A stretch of 64,000 nt of DNA from Felis catus. Taxonomy: Eukaryota. A model generated the notes under the pieces. It was not told the origin of the DNA and did not search any database. It worked only from the letters and a program-made list of their open reading frames with translations. This document shows, in pieces, positions 13,211 to 26,149 of the stretch. Position numbers and translations under genes: made by a program. The DNA lies in assembly GCF_018350175.1 (NCBI RefSeq), contig NC_058368.1, forward strand, positions 5,208,001 through 5,272,000, read 5' to 3'. How positions within the stretch are numbered: the first letter of the stretch is position 1; the number at the start of each line of letters is the position of its first letter.

Positions 13211-13384
13211 TAGATTCCGGGGGAAGTAGGCAGTTAGAGTCTAAAGAAGACATCAAGCATGTTCATTCTTTGGAAAGATTCCTCCAAATCTGGTTGTGGT
13301 CTGCAAAGAGGAAAACCAGGCAGCTGAATGGATGGGTATTCTTAATGCTAGAGCCATTTGTGCTCCTTGAGCGTTCCATTTTAA

Positions 13385-14300
13385 GTGTATTAATTATTCA
13401 AGAAACTGGTAAATGTAATAGACTGTCAAGTACCGTGTGGGAACTTGGGGTCGTGCAGGAACTTGGCGCATTCAGGATTCACTCATTGCTCCCGTGCCGG
13501 GGTGCAATAGTAGATGAGGCCGGAGAAGTCACTCTGCCTTGTGTGATTTCCACGGGTGTTCGGGTTTATCACGTAGGCCAGGAGGGCCCTGGTAGGTGGG
13601 AGGTGCTGTCACAAGCCTGGAGTGATGGGTCAGGTGTTGGTGACGAGGGAGGCAGTCTGGGCAGGAGTCAGCAGGTGTGTGATGATCCAGCCGGTGAGGA
13701 TGAGACCCTGGAGAGGGATGGCTGGGGAGGAGGGGCTGGGCTTCTAGAGATGAAACCTGTGCGGTGCCTCCAAGACAGAAAATCAGTGATGGCTCTGATG
13801 TTTGTGGTTTGAGAGCTTAATATAAACACCAGATTCGATGAGGAAAGCTCAGTTTGGATTTAGAGCGTTGGAGAAGTATGTGGGACCTCTGGGTGGAGAT
13901 GTCTGCTAAGCAGCTGGAAGCGTGGGCTCATGTCCATGAGTGAGGTCAGGGACCCAGACCAGCTCAGAAAAGGACGGCGTAATCTTGGGTGAATGTGCAG
14001 CCTGGGTGGGAGCTGAAAACAGAACGGTGGAGCCTCACATGTGGGGGGATGGTCAGAGGGGGACATTTGGGTGGAAAGAGAAAACGACAACAGATTCCTA
14101 GAAACCCAAACAGGGACTGTGGTAACATGGAGGAGATGTTACTTTATAAGGCTGAACGCTACGGAAGGGTTTGTCGGAATGAACATGTGGACAGCTGGAT
14201 TTGGTAGGTAGGGGGTTGCCCTTGATCTTAGGAAGAGTGATTCCAGAAGATGGTAACAAGGAAGCACTGTAGTGGGTTGAGGAACGGTGGTTAGACATGA
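13385..14300 (-). mobile_element. L2 remnants
   Basis: e.g. gtggagatgtctgctaagcagctggaagcgtgggctc...gaggtcagg, an antisense L2 motif. Confidence 0.55.
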
Positions 14301-14834
14301 GGGTTGTTGGGGATGTTCTGAGAGATGAAAAGGCGGAAGGTTATGGTACAGAATTGAGCGTACTTAACAGGAATGGAATAGTTGGTGCGGTCTCTACTTG
14401 CGGGTGTATTCTTACCTCAAACGTATTTGACAAAGTAGGCACTCATTGTATGTGTAATACATGTGCAATACATACGCGTCTATAACATGTAAATTACTCA
14501 AATGATATACACATAGATGTAAACCTGTCTCTTGACTATTTTGATTAAAAAAAGCCTTTGAACGGACCAGAAAACCTCAACACTTAATTTTATATGCTTT
14601 CTCTAAACGGATTTTAATTGACACATTCTAATGGGGACCTTTACTTTGGTCGGGGGAAATCCCACGTAGTCACAGTGGAATGGGAATTGATTCCTCCTCC
14701 CCCTCCCCCGCTCTAGGAAACAACCCGAGGTTATCTGAGATCCAGTTTTAGTACTTAGTTGATTGCTTCTAATTAGGCAATGGTCTTGCTTTCATATGAG
14801 GAGCTTCTTAGTAAAATGTGAACTCGTAGCATTT

Positions 14835-15285
14835 TTTAAAAGTTTAATTCTTCATTGAGATATAACCTACGCACCGAAAAGTGCATGACTGTTTTTTAAT
14901 GAGCTGTCATTCGTACATCAAATTCACTTCTTTAAAATGTAGACTTCAGTGGCTTTTAGTACCTTCTGAAAGCAGCTATCGCCACTATCTAATTCCAGCA
15001 TATTTTTATTCCGCCCCCCCCCCCCGCCCCCAAAGGCAATCCCATACTCCCCTACCTTCCCTGGAGCCCCTAGCAATCACTAACCTATTTTCTGCATCTA
15101 TGGATTTGTCCGTTATGGACCTTTCCCATAAGTGGAATCATCCACTATGTGGTGTTTTGTGTGGGGCTCCTTAGCATGATGTTTTCAAGGGTCACCTGTG
15201 TTACAGGATGAATTTGAATGTGATTTACTTGTGGTCAGATAATATTCCGTTGTACAGACATACCACATTTTGTTTATCCACGCCC
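14835..15285 (-). mobile_element. L1M (L1MB-like) 3' fragment
   Basis: ttgagatataac...aaattcacttctttaaaatgtagacttcagtggctttt...ctagcaatcactaacctattttctgcatctatggatttg. Confidence 0.8.
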
Positions 15286-16234
15286 GTGAGTGACTTTTAA
15301 CATTCTCATTTTTAAAGCTTCGGGGCCTGGTTTGTGCGTGCCGAAGCACATAGGGGCCCGCACAGAGGCTGTGCCATCAGCTTCGCCCACATCACTGGGC
15401 ACTTGAGGTTCCTATGCTGATTGACCTCGGAGGCCTTGTGCGTCTGCATGCTCGTGTGCCCACAGCCACGGGACAGCTTTGGGTTTTATCTGCGAGGGTG
15501 TTTCTAGGGACCCTAGGATGGAGCAGAGACCCCATGCAAAGTGACCATTGACTTTCGTCGCTGGGGATCTGCAGACTTGCATAAATGTGGAATGAACTCC
15601 ACCCCCCCCCCCCCAACCCGGTGTGGATATTGACTAGTTTGGGAGCTTTGATGGTTCCTAGCAAATACTTGGGGCTGAAATCTGGTCATATGTGTATGTG
15701 AGCTGAGCAGGGTGTCTCCGAGGCCTGGTGGAGTCTCCTGGGCAGGGACGCCCTGGCCGAGAGCCGGGCTCCTGCCGATCAAGGTCATGTCCCTGAGGTT
15801 TGTACAAGTGGACTAGCCTGCTCATTTTCTTTCTGTCCCCTTTTTCTGTGGGCGATGTGACCCTGTTTACATCTCTCAAAAGGAAGCACTCCCAGAAAAA
15901 CCCCTTTAGGATTTGTAACTAAGTGGGCTTGTAGGGATTTACGTGTTCTTAGGTGGGTAAATGTTCTTTCATAGGGCCTAACACCCTTGCTTTTATATTT
16001 TTCCCCTAAGTATACATAATTGACGTCTCAGTAAATGACGCAGATGGTTTGTGACCGAAGTTCCCCAGCACTCATGCTAAGCTAACGAGGTGCACCCAGA
16101 CATTGGGTTTTCTTGGCTCCACCTGGAAAGGGGGGGTCCTCAGCTTTAGGGAGGTTCCTTGTATACTTTGTCAGTTCAGGGGAAATCTAAACAAGTCCAG
16201 GAATGATTTCTAATTGTTTTTTCCTTTTGTTTTT

Positions 16235-16479
16235 ATTTTTTATTTTATTTTTTTAATGTTTATTTTTGAGAGAGAGAGAGAGAGAAAAAGAGAGAGAGGA
16301 GAGAGAGAGAGAGAGAGAGAGAACAGGGGAGGATCAGAGAGATAGGGAGACAATAAGAAGCAGGCTCCAGGCTCTGAGCTGTCAGCACAGAGCCTGCCGC
16401 AGGGCTCGAACTCACGAACCGTGAGATCACGACCTGAGCCGAAGCTGGACGCTCAACTGACTGAACCACCCAGGCGACC
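16235..16479 (-). mobile_element. CanSINE (tandem pair, left)
   Basis: Flanked by ttttccttttgttt. Confidence 0.93.
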
Positions 16480-16498
16480 TGCTTTTTTCCTTTTGTTT

Positions 16499-16712
16499 AA
16501 AAAAAATTTTTTTTTATTCTTTATTTTTGAGAGACAAAGACAGAGCATGAGCAGGGAAGGGGCAGAGAGAGAGGGAGACACAGAATCCGAAGCAGGCTCC
16601 AGGCTCCGAGCTATTAGCACAGAGCCCGCCGCGGGGCTCAAACTCACGAACCGCGAGATCATGACCTGAGCCCAAGTCAGATGCTTAACTGACTGAGCCA
16701 CCCAGGTACCCC
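16499..16712 (-). mobile_element. CanSINE (tandem pair, right)
   Basis: Flanked by ttttccttttgttt. Confidence 0.93.
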
Positions 16713-17041
16713 TTTTCCTTTTGTTTTTAAACCATGAGAGTTGTTGCAAGGTCTGAGTTCCTGAGCTTTGGCCCCATGTCTTTCTGTGACTATATGGAAA
16801 AGGCATTTTGTAATGTGTTTATTCCTTGACGTGGGTGTGTGTGGATGGGGGGAGGAGGAAGGAGTGGTGGCGACTTGATGTGAAGATCTCAGTTGTGTCC
16901 TGCAGTTCATATTGTTTCTAGCCTGTTTTTGAAGTGTTCCTTGCATATATGAGAGTAAAACGCACATTCTTGATTCTTGAGGTTTTGACTGCAGTTCTTA
17001 ATTGCATACAGAACTCTCAGGCATTAGAAGTGGGAAATATA

Positions 17042-17254
17042 GGGGCTCCTGGGGGGCTCGTTGGTTCAGCATAGGACTTCGGCTCAGGTCATGATCTTGT
17101 GGTCTGTGAGTTCTAGCCCCATGTCCGGCTCCGTGCCGACAGCTCGGAGCCTGGAGCCTGCTTTGAATTCTGTGTCTCCCTCTCTCTCTCTCCCCCTCTC
17201 CCGCTCACTCTCTGTCTCTCAAATAAATAAAAAAACGTTAAAAAATTTTAAAAA
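17042..17254 (+). mobile_element. CanSINE
   Basis: Diverged head, intact body and tail. Confidence 0.9.
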
Positions 17255-19479
17255 ATCTGTTAATTTTGGAACTACCATTTGGCCAGAATGTTATTTATTT
17301 TTCCCCTAGTTTTAGATCACGGGATAAACTGATCTCATGAAAAGTTTTGCACAGTTAAATAGAAAGAACCGCTCTGTGCACGTGTGTGTGTTCACATGTG
17401 CATGTGTGTGCCTTTTCTGACTAAATTTAAGCTGTTCGCTGTCTTTTTTTTTTTATCGGTTCACGACCATAAAATTTAGCACTGGAGATTTCAAATTTAT
17501 CTTCAGTTATGGTGCAATAATTCGACTCTGAAGATGTATCCATAACCTTCCAATTAGGGTCAGAATTAGTCATTTGGATTCAGAGCAATATTTCGACCAT
17601 GTAGACATTGTTAATAACTGCTTTAACTGTAATTTAAAAACTCAGATGTTTACCTATTTTGCTTTTTTTCCTCCCAGGGCTATGTTTAAGCTAAGAAATC
17701 AGATGGCTTTTCCACAGATCAAAGGCCTATAAAATTAGTCTTCAAAGCCTTTGAAGCTGCAATATTTCAGGAAATAGTGTAAATAAAATCAATCGACTCT
17801 TTTTAAAATAAAGCTTTTCCTGGTATCGCAAGGGATTTGTATTTAGCATTTCTAAAAGTTTCTTGATGGTAAAAACCTCACCATTAAACAGGATTAGAGA
17901 CTCATGTATTTTTTAAAGTCAGGATTACAAGTGGATTTTAAAGAAAATACATTAAGGGAAACTTCTACTTTATCTGAAGCCTGAAAGAATGGGTAGGGGA
18001 AGAGAGGTTGAAGGAGTATATAATCTGCTTTAGAGAGAAAGTGAGACAAACTTTAAACAAGTAGACACTCTGGGATCTTCGTAATTCCCAAAAGGATTCT
18101 TCACCATTGGGCAATCTCCAGTTTAGATACAGGACACGTATGTTGATAAGATAAGGCAGCCTGAATTTATGAATCCAGGGTTAAGAAGGCAGTTTTTAAA
18201 AAATAAGAAAATAGAAAGGAAAACAACCTTCCTATTTTAATCTTTTTCTGATCCTAAAATGTTCTTTTAGAAAATGAAATTAAGAACAGGAATAAAGAAG
18301 AAATAAGCCATTTATATCCATAAAGTCTAAAGAAGAGAAGTACTGTTAACATTTTGGAATATGAAGAAATTCTTAAGGAATGTGAAAGGTCTTAAGGCTT
18401 TTCCCCAGTTTGTTATATTTGTTTTTTTTCAGAGTCACCATTTTAAAATCTTAGATGAATGAATGTGTCTAAAGGATTCTGTGATCCTGAGTGGATTTTT
18501 AACAAGGAGTGGGGGGGCGGAGGGGAACAGGTAAACTTTGAGAAAAAGGAAGTTCTGGGTAGGAGATTTGCAACCTAGAGAAATTCAGTAAATATTTAAG
18601 ACCGAATCCTGTCTTCAAAACGTATTTTCCAAAGAACTCTTAAGGGTGTTATCAAATTTTTCGGATGACTTCTATAGAGGGTTTTTATTTTTTATAATAG
18701 TCAAAGATCATAGAGCTGAATTAGAAAATAGAGTTCCCCAGCTTTGAACCAAGTTTGTTAGCAAATTTGGCCTAGTTCATGCTGTTTTGTTTTTTAATGC
18801 TGGATTTTTATTTCTAGGTTGCTAATTATTTCATTAGTCTTTTTATGGAACGATTATTTACCAACATGGCAGGGTGTGTCACAACTGGAGATACGTGAGA
18901 AAATTGGGGAGACGAGGAAATAGGAGAAAGAAAAAGACAAAATCAGTAGTCAAAATACAGTTGGCTCCAATCCTTTAAGCAGCCGAAGCAAATAGGAGGC
19001 ATGATCAGTCAGGAGAATTAGTGTCCGTTAGAAGAGAAATTCGGTTCCAGAGACACTGAGCTATTTGGGATACGGAGTCCAGACTTGAATTTCTCTTGGG
19101 AATCCCAAAAGGTGCTGTGATAAGGGACCAGAGGGTTTACAACATCCCTAAAGATAATGTAGTGAATGATGTGTTGGCCTGGGAACGTACCGGTCCGTCA
19201 CGGGCTCCCCCAGCGCCTGGTGTGCCGGGACAGGGCAGGGGCGATTCTGGGGCAATTCTGGCAAACGATCTGGCTCAGGCAGTGTTAGCGGGCCTGGGTG
19301 CTGCAGGGTCTCCCTAACGGGGAGACAGCGTCCCATCTTCCGAGGAGGTGGGAGGTGCCAGGGGATGGAAAAAAAAATCACAAAATGGAACTTGACTCAC
19401 CCTGTTACTGATTTCCACAAATGTTGCCCGTATGGGGCTGTAGAATCCATCAGGCTATTTGATAGAAGAAGAAAGTCTT

Positions 19480-19709
19480 GGGGCGCCTGGGTGGCGCAGT
19501 TGGTTAAGCGTCCGACTTCAGCCAGGTCACGATCTCGCGGTCCGTGGGTTCGAGCCCCACGTCAGGTTCTGGGCTGATGGCTCGGAGCCTGGAGCCTGTT
19601 TCCGATTCTGTGTCTCCCTCTCTCTCTGCCCCTCCCCCGTTCATGCTCTGTCTCTCTCTGTCCCAAAAATAAATAAACGTTGAAAAAAAAAATTAAAAAA
19701 AAAAAAAAA
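19480..19709 (+). mobile_element. CanSINE, young SINEC_Fc copy
   Basis: Perfect TSD agaagaagaaagtctt at 19464-19479 and 19710-19725. Confidence 0.97.
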
Positions 19710-21429
19710 AGAAGAAGAAAGTCTTAATTTGCCATCCCCTCGAAGGTCACCTTGCCATTGCCCCTGCACCTCCTTTGTGACTTGGCAGGCTTTTAAGAGG
19801 ATTCTTTTGTTTTTTTTTTTCTCCTCACTTGTTTCGGGTTTAGGGTTTTGTTAAATGAGTTTTGGGTCTTACGTTTTCTTTGCTATAAATATCCACCCAA
19901 AGCCATCGCGTTGAGAAATCTTTGCAGCCTGGAGTTTTCGGGATTAAAATCCAAGAGCCATTTTACGAGCCGAGGTTAACCAGGGAGCAGCTCTGCGGGG
20001 TGCTTGTCTGCCCCTTCTTAAATGACGGGATGGTGGTGCCTGCCTCGATGTGGCTGAATTCCGTGAGGAGGTGCGCTTAGTGGGACCGAGCTCTGCTGGG
20101 GTGCTGGGGGAGCCAGGGTCTTGGTTGTAGGCTCTCCCCATAACTTCTCCCTATAACTTGCTCCCAGGCTCAAAGATGAATCCTCAGATGAGACTTGGAA
20201 TTAAAGCAAGCCAAGAAGGCTTCTATTCACCTAGAAATTTTACTGTCACCTAGCAAGATATACCCATGACTATCCTTCCACTGTTTCCTTTGCTAATTTG
20301 GTAGATAAAAAGTTAAAAAAAAATTTTTTTTTTCATGAAAAGCGGCTCCCACTCCTCTTTCTGCTATTACGCCATGTAAATTGGAACAGGACCGTTTCAG
20401 GGCATAATGTAATTCTCTCAGATTATCTTGGGGATCCGCTTTGAGCTCTTAATGCCTAGACACCTATGAACACTTACGGCTGCTTTTGTGTTCACGCAGC
20501 CCGTGTAAAGGACCGAGCACCATGCCCCTGATCTACGGCTGTAGGAGATGCTGTTCCATAGGTAATAGACTCCATCTACAACGCTGTCCTAATGTAGGTG
20601 CAGCCTACATAAGGCACGGGTGACAGAGGACTCGGAGAAGAGCAGCACTACTTTGAGTAGATAGAATCCTCTGTCTTGTAGATCTAAGGGATTCTTCGTC
20701 CTGTAGCTTGAAATGTAGCAAGATCAGCTGAGGCGGTTCAAAGAATTTTTCTTTCTTTTCGTAAAAGTCAGCCAAATATATTTTGAATATGTTCAGAGCC
20801 CTGAACTAGTTTTTTTTTTTTTTGGCAATGAAAATATTCAGGTGAAACCTGAAAATGAAATTAGATGGTATGCCGGAAGCCAGAAACCCAGAAGTTACAC
20901 GTGAACGTGGACCGATAATATTCTGTCTTAGAATAGGTTGTTTATCTCAGTGAGCACCAAAAAAGGAAAACCATGGGCTCAAAACTAGAAGCTGCTGATT
21001 GGGGGTCACAATATTCACGCTATTTTAAAATTGCTTTTTCTTAATTTGTTTCTTGGACGAGGAGTTTGAATATCGTGCTGAACGGTCAGGTATTGAGTTT
21101 GCTTTTGCGGTTTTTAGAACAGTGATGCAATGGCTACTAAAATACCCAAATCTAGGGAATGTGAATTGGAGTCGAACTTTCTAGACCACTGCTTTTTAAT
21201 TGGTAAAAGTTATAACTGCTGAAAACTGTTGTGGGGAGAAGAATCGAAAGCATCCTTTGTCAAGATCTGTTGCTTTTGGTAATTGAATGGTTTTGTCCCC
21301 ACCTTACAGTTGGAACAGTGGGAGGGCCTTGACTACAGAACTGACCTCAGCTGATGCCAAGGCGGGGGTGGGGGGTTGGCACTATGCTGTGAAGTGTTAC
21401 CGGAGCTTTCCTGCTGAACTTTTTGGTTT

Positions 21430-21654
21430 TCTTTTCTTATTTTTTAAGTTTATTTATTTATTTTGGGGGAAGGGGGGAGAGAGAGAGAGTACGGGCACAC
21501 ACTTGCAGGGGAGGGGCAGAGAGAGAATCCCAAACAGGCTCAGCACCATCAGTGCGGAGCCTGACGTGGGGCCCGATCCCACAAACTTCGAGATCATGAC
21601 CTGAGCTGAGATCCAGAGTCGGATGCTTGACCGGCTGAGCCACCCAGTTGCCCC
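21430..21654 (-). mobile_element. CanSINE, older subfamily
   Basis: Reverse head ...ctgagccacccagttgcccc. Confidence 0.9.
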
Positions 21655-22017
21655 ACCTTGTCTGTGACCTGTTTCCTCATTCACGTTTTCAACCTGGACA
21701 AGGTAGGACTCAGATTTTTGCAATTCAAATACAAATTATCCTCTCCTATATACTTTGTATAAGTAGTATTGGGAAGATTACCATAGTCAACAAATCAATA
21801 CTCAACGCGAAAATGTCCTTATATATAACTTTTTTCAACCATTAGACTGGATTTTTCTGTTTTATTTTGCCCTGAGAACCCCAAGGTAGGTATTTTTCTT
21901 GTACTATTATGTGTAACAAATGAAACCTACTGAATGCAAATTAAGAATTTCAAGCTGTAAAGACCACGGTTAATCTTAAAGGCAGGTGGAAAAATTTTTT
22001 AACATTATAAGTCTCTC

Positions 22018-22208
22018 GGGGCGCCTGGGGGGCACAATCAGTTAAGCGTCCGACTCTTGGTTTCAGCTCAGCTCATGATCTCCCATCAGGCTCTGTACAG
22101 ATGGTGCGGGGCCTGCTTGCTTGGGATTCTCTCTCTCTCTCTCTGCCCCTCCCCTGCTTGTGTGAGTGCTTGCTCCCTCTCAAAAAGAAAATAAATTAAA
22201 AAAAAAAA
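22018..22208 (+). mobile_element. CanSINE, internally deleted
   Basis: Head ggggcgcctggggggcac; TSD-like aagtctct. Confidence 0.88.
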
Positions 22209-22429
22209 TTAAAGTCTCTTAAGCAGGAATACTGTTCATTTCCTGGAGATTTGTTGAAGGGAAGATACGAACCGTATTGGATTTTTCCCCACCTGAGGCC
22301 TTTGCGGACCACAGAAACTCTTAGAGGGCTGTAAATTTCAGATCAGGTGATTTGGGAAGAGAGGCAGGAGTGAGTGAGTGCGTACTTCACAGTGATGACC
22401 CGGAAATGCAGTTAAATAAACGAAACCGC

Positions 22430-23075
22430 CTCACCTCCTTTAAGACGGCTCTTGTGACATACTAAAAAAACCCCAGAAAATAACACATGTTGGCAAGGGT
22501 CTGGAGCCCTTGGAGCCCTTGGGCGCTGTCCGTGTAAGACGGTGCTGCTGCTGTGGAGAAGCAGCCGGAGGCTCGCTCAGAGTGCCAAGTGTGAAGTCCC
22601 CACGTGAGCCAGCGACTCCGCTTCCGGGTGTAGACCCCAAAGAATTAAAAGCAGGGTCGTGAAGAGACCCTTGCACACCCAGTCGCAGATAGCCTAAAGG
22701 TGGAAGCCACTGAGGTGTCCGTTGATCGCCACAACGAACGTGGGGTTTGTTTCATCCTGTGGGATGTTATTTGGCCTCAGCAAGGGAGGAAATTTGGACC
22801 TGCTGCAGCCTGGATGGGCCTGGAGGGAGTTGTACAAAGTGAACTAGGCGGTCGCAAGAGGCAAATACTGTAGGATTCTCTTTATACGAGGCACCCGGAG
22901 GAGTCAAGTTCCTGGAGGCAGAAAGTCGGATGGTGGCTGCCAGGGACAGGAAGAGAGGGGAATGAGACCTATTGGCCAGCTGTGCAAGAGGAAGAGAGTT
23001 CTGGAGATTGGTGTGCAACAATGGGAACGTACTCATGTTAGGAGGGGTTTAGATGCTTTACCACAATTGGAAAAC
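22430..23075 (+). mobile_element. L1M (L1MA/MB-like) ORF2 end and 3' UTR fragment, GC-shifted
   Basis: gaaaataacacatgttggcaagggt...ccaaagaattaaaagcagggtc...caaatactgtaggattc...agttctggagat...tttaccacaatt is collinear with the L1 3' end. Confidence 0.85.
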
Positions 23076-23120
23076 TATACATGTAATTTATTGTATGTGC
23101 CTGTCGTGATTTGATTTAAA

Positions 23121-23153
23121 GTTTATTACTGTTTTCTTAAATGTTTATTTATT

Positions 23154-23205
<52 letters not shown>

Positions 23206-23361
23206 GGGGAGGGGCAGAGAGAGAGGGAGACACAGAATCCCAAGCAGGCTCCAGGCTCTGAGCTGTCAGCACGGAGCCCGACCGTGGGGCTCGAACCCAC
23301 GAACTGTGAGATCATGCCCTGAGCTGAAGTCAGGTGGTTAACTGAGCCACCCAGGTGCCCC
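23121..23361 (-). mobile_element. CanSINE with long (GA)n
   Basis: TSD tgatttgatttaaa. Confidence 0.93.
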
Positions 23362-23485
23362 ATGATTTGATTTAAATAGTAGTTTAATGAGGTCAGTGCC
23401 TAGATTGTAATCTGCTCCCCCATTCCCTATCTTCATCCCCTTATATAATTTTTTTGCTATCTTCTTATAAATACTGTGTAACTTG

Positions 23486-23690
23486 GGGGTGCCTGGGTGA
23501 TTCAGCCGGTTGAGTGTCCAACTTCAGCTCAGGTCATGATCTCGCAATTTGTGAGTTTGAGCCCTGCATCAGGCCCTCTGGCTTCAGTTCTGTGTCTCCC
23601 TCTCTCTGCCCCTCCCTGCTCTCAGTCTCTCTCCCTCTCTCTCTCTCTCTCTCCCCCCCTCAAAAAAATAAGCATTAAAAAAATTTTTTT
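23486..23690 (+). mobile_element. CanSINE, internally deleted
   Basis: Degenerate TSD aaatact[g/a]t[g/a]ta[a/g]ctt. Confidence 0.9.
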
Positions 23691-23898
23691 AAATACTATA
23701 TAGCTTGTTTTCTTCGTTGTCTCTTTTCCCTCTAGAGTGTAAGCTCCATGAGGGCACAGACTTCTGTTTTGTTCTATAGCTCTGGTGCCAGAAAGGGTGA
23801 GTTGGCACATAGTGGGTATCAGCAGATATCTGTGGAGTGATAGAATGTTGTAAAGTCAAGTCACTTGAATGACAGTTGCATTTGGGATATTTTATCTT

Positions 23899-24125
23899 TT
23901 TTTTTTTTTAAATTTTTTTTTTCAACGTTTATTTATTTTTGGGACAGAGAGAGACAGAGCATGAACGGGGGAGGGGCAGAGAGAGAGGGAGACACAGAAT
24001 CGGAAACAGGCTCCAGGCTCCGAGTCATCAGCCCAGAGCCCGATGCGGGGCTCAAACTCACCGACCGCGAGATCGTGACCTGGCTGAAGTTGGACGCTTA
24101 ACCGACTGCGCCACCCAGGCGCCCC
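23899..24125 (-). mobile_element. CanSINE, young SINEC_Fc copy
   Basis: TSD gggatattttatctt at 23884-23898 and 24127-24141. Confidence 0.96.
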
Positions 24126-24149
24126 AGGGATATTTTATCTTGATGTCTT

Positions 24150-25290
24150 TTTGAGATTTAACATAAAGCATACAATTCTAGAGTAGATCACTCAATACTT
24201 ATGCGTCTGTATGCCTGTGGTCAATGCCCAAAGGAAAACGCAGACTATTCCCACCTTAGAAGATCCCTTATGCCCCTCTCCAGGCAGTGCCTTTCTTGCC
24301 GGATGTAGTCACTGTTTTAGTTTCTATCACCCCTGCATTTATTTGCCTTCACACTTCAATTAAATGGCATTTTACGGATATACTCTTTTGTCTGCCTTCT
24401 TTCGGCCAGCGTGATGTCTGGGAGGTTCAGCCACGTTGAGTGTTTTCCTGGGTGGCAGATCGCTGTTGGTTCATCTGCCCCTTGCTGATCAACATCTGAG
24501 TTTTTTCTGTTATGAAAAAGATTCCCGTATATATTTTCGATGGACATAACTTGGGTGAAATACATAGGGGTAGAATTAACTCCTAGGATAGACCTATCCT
24601 TTAGAAACCGCCTGATGGTTTTCCCGGGTGGTAGAAATGCTTTACATTCTCACAGCACTTGGGCCCCATTCTGGTGAACACGATGAGTGCTTCTCTTTAA
24701 ATTTTTTTTTTTCAACGTTTATTTATTTTTGGGACAGAGAGAGACAGAGCATGAACGGGGGAGGGGCAGAGAGAGAGGGAGACACAGAACCGGAAGCAGG
24801 CTCCAGGCTCCGAGCCATCAGCCCAGAGCCGGACGCGGGGCTCGAACTCCCGGACCGCGAGATCGTGACCTGGCTGAAGTCGGACGCCCAATCAACTGCA
24901 CCACCCAGGCGCCCCAGAGTGCTTCCCTTTAGAAGCCATGCTTGTGGATGTCTGTCTAGTGTATCCTCTGTGGTTTTCATTTGCATTCCTCTAACGAGTA
25001 AGGTTGAGCGTCTACTCACGTGCTTATTGGCCACTGGAATACTCTCTGCGAGATACCTGTTCAAGCCTTTTGTTCATTCATCTTGTCTCTACATCTTGTT
25101 CTGTGTGCAGCCTTTATTTTGGGCACAAGTCTAGTGTCAGATACACACGTTGCAAATATCCTTTTCCGGCCCGTGTCTTTCCTAAAATCCCGTAATGAAT
25201 CGAAGTCCTTAAGTTTGGTAAAATCAAATTGATCAAGGTTACTTCAAAGATTACGTTCTGTTTAAAAAAAAAAAATGTTGCCTGTCTTGG
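24150..25290 (-). mobile_element. Old L1M 3' region fragments, interrupted by a SINE
   Basis: tgtggttttcatttgcattcctctaacgagtaaggttgagc...gcttattggccact...tgttcaagccttttgttcatt are antisense L1 motifs. Confidence 0.75.
24700..24915 (-). mobile_element. CanSINE, young SINEC_Fc copy with atypical substitutions
   Basis: TSD gagtgcttc[t/c]cttta at 24685-24699 and 24917-24931. Confidence 0.95.
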
Positions 25291-26149
25291 AATAATTTTA
25301 AAACCCTTAATGCAGTTAGCACAATAAAATGAACTCATATTAGACACTCATTTGAAAGGGACAGAGAATTAAGTTTAAGCAAGTTCAGGATCCAAACCTC
25401 TTTAAGGATAAGACCAAGATACGAGGCCTCTTTTTAGGTGACGTTTTGCATACACTTTTTAAAAATTGAACTTTGTTTTGTCAACATTAAGAGAATCCGG
25501 TCTGACGGCCACAGTAGGGGGACAGTGACTTGGGAGCGAGGAGATTGTTTAACTCGGACTCGGAACCTTTGTCTTCTCTCTCCGTCACAAATTGTGGGCC
25601 TAACGCTTTCTGTTTGCCCCTCACCTTTCCTTCATGGATTCTGTTATAAACTTTTATTCTACTGTTTTTCTAATGTTTTTTTCCCCCCTGTTGCTTTCTA
25701 ATGTGCTAACCCAATAGGAGAGCCCAACAAGACGTTGGAACGTAGCATCTGCTGTACAAAATTAATGGCTGGTAAAGCCTGAGGTTGCTGTACATTGGGG
25801 TTCTGTTGAAATTGTTCCCAAACTTTCCCTGCTGCTAGGATTCTTCCTTAAAATAGGGTCGTGAAGGGACTCCACCTTGCGGTTCTGCCAGTGCCCTTTC
25901 TGGAGTCCGTATTTCTGCTTGGAGTGTCTTTTCAAGTGAGTTAGTTACCTGGTACGTCTTTTTGAAGGAGTGGCTGGGGAAAGCTTTCTGTTTTCCTAGG
26001 TAATATTTACTTTAACCTTTTTACGCTCAGGTCTCTGCACAGATAACCATTCTCAGAAACAAGAGCCCGTTTGGGAATGCTTTCTTTTTGCTTTTGCTTT
26101 GTAGGCTTTTTCCCTATGTTCACACCGTCCGATATGGGTGTTACAAATT

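Noticed and set aside
13270..13812. 180-aa ORF
   Set aside because: Non-ATG start, overlaps L2 remnants, no recognisable protein similarity.
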